Source: an uncultured Bacteriovoracaceae bacterium
Lineage (GTDB): Bacteria > Bdellovibrionota > Bacteriovoracia > Bacteriovoracales > Bacteriovoracaceae
DNA: 40,499 nt
Direction: 5' to 3'
Assembly: GCA_964012805.1 (NCBI GenBank)
Contig: CAXGUD010000034.1
Span: 1 to 40,499, forward strand
The notes below the pieces were generated by a model. That model did not search any database. It saw only the letters and a program-made list of their open reading frames with translations, and was not told where the DNA came from. How positions within the stretch are numbered: position 1 is the stretch's first letter; each line of letters begins with the position of its first letter. The translations under genes were made by a program, and so were the position numbers. Of the stretch, positions 36,093 through 40,499 are shown one piece after another.

Positions 36093-36665
36093 AGACCTTA
36101 TTTTTTTTCCGTAGAGAAAGCAATCGACAGTGTGGTCATTTGTCATACCAACAGCTTGCATGAAAGCATACATAATAGTGCTTCCCACAAACTTAAAACC
36201 CCGCTTTTTTAAATCTTTTGAAAGGGCACGGCTAATGGGAGTTTCAGTAGGACAATCCTTAACTGAAGTTATTCCTTCCACCCTAAGCGGCTTATTACCT
36301 ACAAATGACCATAAATACTTATCAAAGGTTTTAAACTCTTGTTGAACTTTTAAAAACATTTTTGCGTTATTAACAGCAGCTTCTATTTTTAGCTTATTTC
36401 GGATAAGCCCGGGATCCTTTAGGAATCTCCGAAGTTTTGCTTCAGAGTAAGCCGCAACTTTTTCAGGATCAAAATCATCAAACATTTCCCTGTAATGGGC
36501 CCTTTTATTTAAAACGGTTTCCCAACTTAATCCCGCTTGTACACCCTCTAATATGAGCATTTCAAAAAGGTGTTGATCATCATGAACGGGTCTCCCCCAT
36601 TCAAAGTCATGGTAATCCAGGTATAGAGGGTTTTTTGGATTGGCCCAAAAACATCTCTTTTTCAT
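36075..36665 (-). CDS. tag: DNA-3-methyladenine glycosylase I
   Basis: RCFWA, YHDFEWG, LEGVQAGLSW, IRNKLKI, LKKRGFKFVG, MQAVGMTNDH..DC. Confidence 0.96.
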   Translation of the reverse strand: MKKRCFWANPKNPLYLDYHDFEWGRPVHDDQHLFEMLILEGVQAGLSWETVLNKRAHYREMFDDFDPEKVAAYSEAKLRRFLKDPGLIRNKLKIEAAVNNAKMFLKVQQEFKTFDKYLWSFVGNKPLRVEGITSVKDCPTETPISRALSKDLKKRGFKFVGSTIMYAFMQAVGMTNDHTVDCFLYGKKIRSLKRVR

Positions 36666-36697
36666 CCACGCCCCTTAAAAAGTTAAGTAAAGAAAGG

Positions 36698-37255
36698 CTA
36701 TTCAATTGTTTGAATAGTGTCTTTCTTCTTTTTCTTTCCATCCATAACAGATTTGCATTTTTTATTAACCTTAGGGAGACTACTTTTAACACAGGCTTGA
36801 TAGTCTTGAATAGCTTTAGTCGGATTTTTTCCAATAACCTTTTCATCAAACGGACATAGTTTTTTTATGTCGCCCATGCAATTATCCACGATCTTTTTTA
36901 CAAATGGTTCCTTTAAAATAGTCGGGTTTCCATCGGCCCCAAATTTCTCTCTACAACTTTCCGTAAGACTATTCCCCTTTAAACGAAGACACCTCTCTAC
37001 AGACTCTTCTGCAGTACAGAGGTTTTGAATATCTTGCGCACAGGAGTCAGTTTCAACGACCTCCTGACTGGTTCTATCCATTAATGATTTATAACAAGAT
37101 TTAGAGAAAGATTTCGACTTTTCTTTGAGGCAGTTTCCAAGATTAAGCCCATCTGGCTCACAAAGGGACCCAATTTCATTATCACAATCCTCTTGCGACA
37201 ATGATAAATTCAAAAGGAAGCAAATAAAGATCATTGTTACTGTAAATCTGAGCAT
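36698..37255 (-). CDS. secreted protein with three Cys-rich (GLG1-like) repeats
   Basis: Three CxxD/EIxxLC...C(L/V)...C units; signal peptide; AGAGG RBS. Confidence 0.8.
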   Translation of the reverse strand: MLRFTVTMIFICFLLNLSLSQEDCDNEIGSLCEPDGLNLGNCLKEKSKSFSKSCYKSLMDRTSQEVVETDSCAQDIQNLCTAEESVERCLRLKGNSLTESCREKFGADGNPTILKEPFVKKIVDNCMGDIKKLCPFDEKVIGKNPTKAIQDYQACVKSSLPKVNKKCKSVMDGKKKKKDTIQTIE

Positions 37256-37369
37256 TTCTACCTCTCTTTACTTAATTATGCCAGAATCACCAATTTTTTC
37301 GAAAATATCCTTAAATTAGGTAAAAAAAGTGGGCCTGGATCATAGGCCAATAAACCTTAGAATAAAAGT

Positions 37370-40165
37370 ATGAGACGTTTTCTTTTCCGTTTAACAATCA
37401 CTACTTGCAGTCTTGGCCTTCTCTCCTTTCATTTAGGTGACTACTCAGTTATTTATGCACAAGACCCCCTCGCCTGTATGAACCGTATGGATGCGGAGTC
37501 AAAGTCAAGAGAGGCCAGGCTAAATTCAATAAAGAGTAAGGTTGACAAAAATACAAGCAATATTGAATCCCAACAAAAGATTGTAGATGACCTTAGAAAT
37601 CAATTAAATGCTGGATCGAAGACACCTGAAGAACAAAAGAAAAACCAGGATGCCCTTGAAAAATTAAGCCTCGAAATTACCCTCGAAGAAGATAAATTAA
37701 AAAAGCTAAAAAATGAAAGAGATGTTCTTTTAAGACTTGAAAAAAATGACTCCACAAATGCCAAACTTTCCGAAATAGAAGAGCAAAAAAAAATCATAAA
37801 CAGCCTTGAAAAGGAAATGGATTCAACCGACACTTCAAGCCTTAATGAAAATATGTCTGAGGAGGATGCAAAAAAATTAAAAGATAGTGGCTCAAAATCA
37901 AGTGATAAAATGGAAGAGCTTGAAGAAAAGATGAGTGTTGAAAATGAAAAACTAAAGGAATTAGAAAAAGACCTCACAAAAGATACTAATAATTCACAAA
38001 TTAAACAAAAAGTAAGCGAGATAGAGGCCCAAGAAAAAATTATAGAGGACAAGCAAAAAAAACTTGATGAAAAAACGAAAGAAATCGAAAAATATGAAAC
38101 ATCCGGAAATACATCAAGTGATTCAAAGCAATCATTGACCGCCAAATTGAAGGAAGAGGAAGAAGGTCTTGAAAAGCTAAAAGAAGAAAAAAAATCTATT
38201 GAAAAAGACCTCGCCAAACAAAAAAAAGATGCCGCCCTTGAAGAACAGCTCACAAGCTCTAATCTTTCCGACTTTCAACTCTACGAAGCTGCCATGGGAG
38301 AGGTTCTCATTCAAGATAAAGCATTGGCCAGCAATAAGGAGCTTGATTTTGAGGCCCTTGGTTTGGCCCTCAACAATATGGAAATGATGTCTACAGCTGC
38401 TGCGGCCCTTAACCATCTTGATTGTAAACCCTACGGTGAGTTTGAATCAAAAAGCTACCACCTTTTTGTGGGAGCCGCAGCAACTTACGTTGTGGATCAG
38501 ATTAATAGAATTCGAAATTTTAAAAAAGAAAGTGAATGTCAGGTGGACATGAGTCAGTTTGATAACACAACGGAAGGAATGCAAGTAGAAACACTGAAAA
38601 AGGTTTTCGAACAATATTCCGTTTTAGCAGATGCTGTTCAAAAAAGATTTGAGGGTCGAAAGGATACAATGGCACTTTTTGAAGAGGCCTTAAAAGCTGC
38701 AACAGAAGAGTACGAGGAAAAAACAAAAAAAGTTGGAACAGCACGTACTAACTATGAAGAAGGAAAAGGATGGGTTACAAAGACGGCAATAAAGTTTGCT
38801 GTCACCATGGCCTCAGCGATTATCGCCTATTATTCTTTTTTTGGGATTGCTGTTGCTCTTGCTCTCTTTGCTCTCGCAGCTGTCTTTGCCGTGGACCTAG
38901 TCAAAGCAGTTATCTACAGAGACCTTTGGTACGATAACCTGCTAAAAGCAAGAAACTACACAAGGCTTACCTGCAACTATAATGAAGCCTTTAAATATGA
39001 TCCACTTGAAGGAAAAACTCCTGACTCAATAAAAACGAATAGTGAGTTCCCAAAATTTATGGAAATGAAAAAAAGCTTTTGGGAAAAACAAAGCTTCGAC
39101 GCCTCCAAGAGCCTTAATATGGATAAGGATATCCTTGAAATAGATAAACTGGATGACTCAAAAAAGACCGGCTTTCCTCTCGTTGAGACAAGATATAGTT
39201 ACATTCAGGCCATGATGAATGGAATTTTAGATCCAAACCTTCTCAGTGAGTTTATGAAAGCTTATGAACTCACTCGAAAAAACAAAGATCAAATATGGAA
39301 CCTCTACTCTCAGGCCCAAACAGACTTCCAAAGTGTCGTCACTATTGAAAAAGGCTATAAAACAGAAAAGAAGTTTGTGACAAAGACATGCTTAAAAAGT
39401 GGTGAAAAAGGAAAGTCCTCACCTGACCTTAAATGTAATTGTAGAGAAACCAAAAGTTGTAAACAATTTAAGTTTCCAACTTTTAAAAACTTGGATGGTC
39501 AATTAGCGCCACCGAACCCAAGCATGGTCAAGGCCATTAATTTTTCTCTAAATGGGGACACAGAAAGGGCCCGAGTTGAAAAAAATAACCTCCAAAAAAA
39601 TGCTGCCGCTCTTCGAAAAAAACTTGAATCAACAAAGGCAAACATAAACAAAATAAGAAAAGAACAAGATAAAAGGACAAGACCAATACAGGAAAACGCA
39701 AACAAGCTATTAACATCTATGAGGCAAGGCCCACTAAGCTATAGACAAAAAGCCGAATCTCAAATGCGGTCTTCTGACACTGTTGCTTTGGAAAGTGAAA
39801 AGGAAAAAAAGGAAGAAAAAGACGTAAGAGGAACAGATGGTGTAGTAAAAATAGCATCACCCTCCCCAAAAGGCCCATCACCCAAAAGGAAGCCCAAAAA
39901 GCAAAAACCTCGTCTTAGTGTCGCCCTTGAAGGATTCGTAGATAGTGATGAAGATTTGGAAGATGTAGAGTTAGACAAAACACTGTTAATAGATGGAAAG
40001 AAGAAAGAAGAAACGACCAGGTCAGTTTCATCAAATCCTAAAAAGAGAAGGGAGGTCAAAGAAGTCAACCGTGAGAGTGAGTTTTCTCTTTTTAAAATTA
40101 TATCTAGAAGATACCTTAAATCGGGATACCCCAGGTTATTGAAAAAAAAGAAGGTTGAGGACTAG
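37370..40165 (+). CDS. large secreted coiled-coil protein with a central hydrophobic hairpin
   Basis: Signal peptide (IYA-Q), about 260 aa of K/E coiled coil, 40-aa Ala-rich hydrophobic segment, Cys cluster, C-terminal SLFKIISRRY. Confidence 0.85.
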   Translation: MRRFLFRLTITTCSLGLLSFHLGDYSVIYAQDPLACMNRMDAESKSREARLNSIKSKVDKNTSNIESQQKIVDDLRNQLNAGSKTPEEQKKNQDALEKLSLEITLEEDKLKKLKNERDVLLRLEKNDSTNAKLSEIEEQKKIINSLEKEMDSTDTSSLNENMSEEDAKKLKDSGSKSSDKMEELEEKMSVENEKLKELEKDLTKDTNNSQIKQKVSEIEAQEKIIEDKQKKLDEKTKEIEKYETSGNTSSDSKQSLTAKLKEEEEGLEKLKEEKKSIEKDLAKQKKDAALEEQLTSSNLSDFQLYEAAMGEVLIQDKALASNKELDFEALGLALNNMEMMSTAAAALNHLDCKPYGEFESKSYHLFVGAAATYVVDQINRIRNFKKESECQVDMSQFDNTTEGMQVETLKKVFEQYSVLADAVQKRFEGRKDTMALFEEALKAATEEYEEKTKKVGTARTNYEEGKGWVTKTAIKFAVTMASAIIAYYSFFGIAVALALFALAAVFAVDLVKAVIYRDLWYDNLLKARNYTRLTCNYNEAFKYDPLEGKTPDSIKTNSEFPKFMEMKKSFWEKQSFDASKSLNMDKDILEIDKLDDSKKTGFPLVETRYSYIQAMMNGILDPNLLSEFMKAYELTRKNKDQIWNLYSQAQTDFQSVVTIEKGYKTEKKFVTKTCLKSGEKGKSSPDLKCNCRETKSCKQFKFPTFKNLDGQLAPPNPSMVKAINFSLNGDTERARVEKNNLQKNAAALRKKLESTKANINKIRKEQDKRTRPIQENANKLLTSMRQGPLSYRQKAESQMRSSDTVALESEKEKKEEKDVRGTDGVVKIASPSPKGPSPKRKPKKQKPRLSVALEGFVDSDEDLEDVELDKTLLIDGKKKEETTRSVSSNPKKRREVKEVNRESEFSLFKIISRRYLKSGYPRLLKKKKVED

Positions 40166-40248
40166 AAAAAAGGTGACAAGCACCACCCATTTTTACTAGT
40201 ACATGGATTTAAAATATATGAGGTTTATTAAAGACAAGGAATTGAGCA

Positions 40249-40499
40249 TTGAAACCCCTCAAAACGCAAGGCATTAAAATTGGATTAACCCTTTTAAGTT
40301 TAACCTTATTCATGAGTTCTGCTTATGGAAGTAATGACATCACCAAATGGGTAGAAAAGATAACAAAAAATATCCCCCCCTCCATGGAAAACTGGCTTGG
40401 ACTTTTTGGTTTTGTCCTCTTAGGCTTTATTTCGGTTAAAATCGTTAGGAATTACCTCACTGATATTTTGCTGAGTTTTATCCAAAAACACTCCATTGT
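40249..40499 (+). CDS. partial membrane protein (5' end only, runs off the window)
   Basis: AAGGA RBS then TTG; open frame MKPLKTQGIKIGLTLLSLTLFMSSAYG...ENWLGLFGFVLLGFISVKIVR to the window end. Confidence 0.55.
   Translation, partial: MKPLKTQGIKIGLTLLSLTLFMSSAYGSNDITKWVEKITKNIPPSMENWLGLFGFVLLGFISVKIVRNYLTDILLSFIQKHSI

Noticed and set aside
37600..38253. 217-aa Ser/Phe-rich minus-strand ORF
   Set aside because: Antisense mirror of K/E-rich coiled-coil codons
1121..40068. Other short ORFs nested in or antisense to assigned genes (e.g. 1642..1956, 5660..5971, 11258..11605, 20351..20659, 26974..27321, 29113..29349, 39760..40068)
   Set aside because: They overlap well-supported CDSs and show no recognisable motifs
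40218..40277. Short ORF MRFIKDKELSIETPQNARH
   Set aside because: Only 19 codons; overlaps the better-supported TTG-start frame at 40249

Overview
AT-rich bacterial chromosomal segment. Gene content and style suggest a Bdellovibrionota predator (Bacteriovoracia/Halobacteriovorax-like); this is inferred, not searched. Core genes: tRNA-Cys, ihfB-like, queA-tgt-yajC-tatA/B-secD-secF, orphan parA, yggS, glpX-like, pgsA, serB, tag and an RND pump with its adaptor. Signalling genes: CHASE2 adenylate cyclase, PilZ protein, REC-HD-GYP and a HAMP-PAS sensor. There are also many lineage-specific secreted proteins. No mobile element, prophage or CRISPR array is supported. The most notable observations are: (1) an XRE helix-turn-helix fused to a CheX-like phosphatase domain, near a sensor that lacks its kinase output; (2) a GlpX homologue that has lost several catalytic/metal residues but keeps substrate-binding residues, a candidate pseudoenzyme among PilZ/YggS/cyclase genes; (3) a degenerate HD-GYP; (4) two tandem Cys-rich paralogous lipoproteins; (5) a 931-aa secreted coiled-coil protein with a hydrophobic hairpin; (6) recurring sigma28-like and leaderless promoter architectures; (7) a possible leader/arrest peptide ahead of a divergent HPF-like gene. 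All family assignments come from motifs read by eye.
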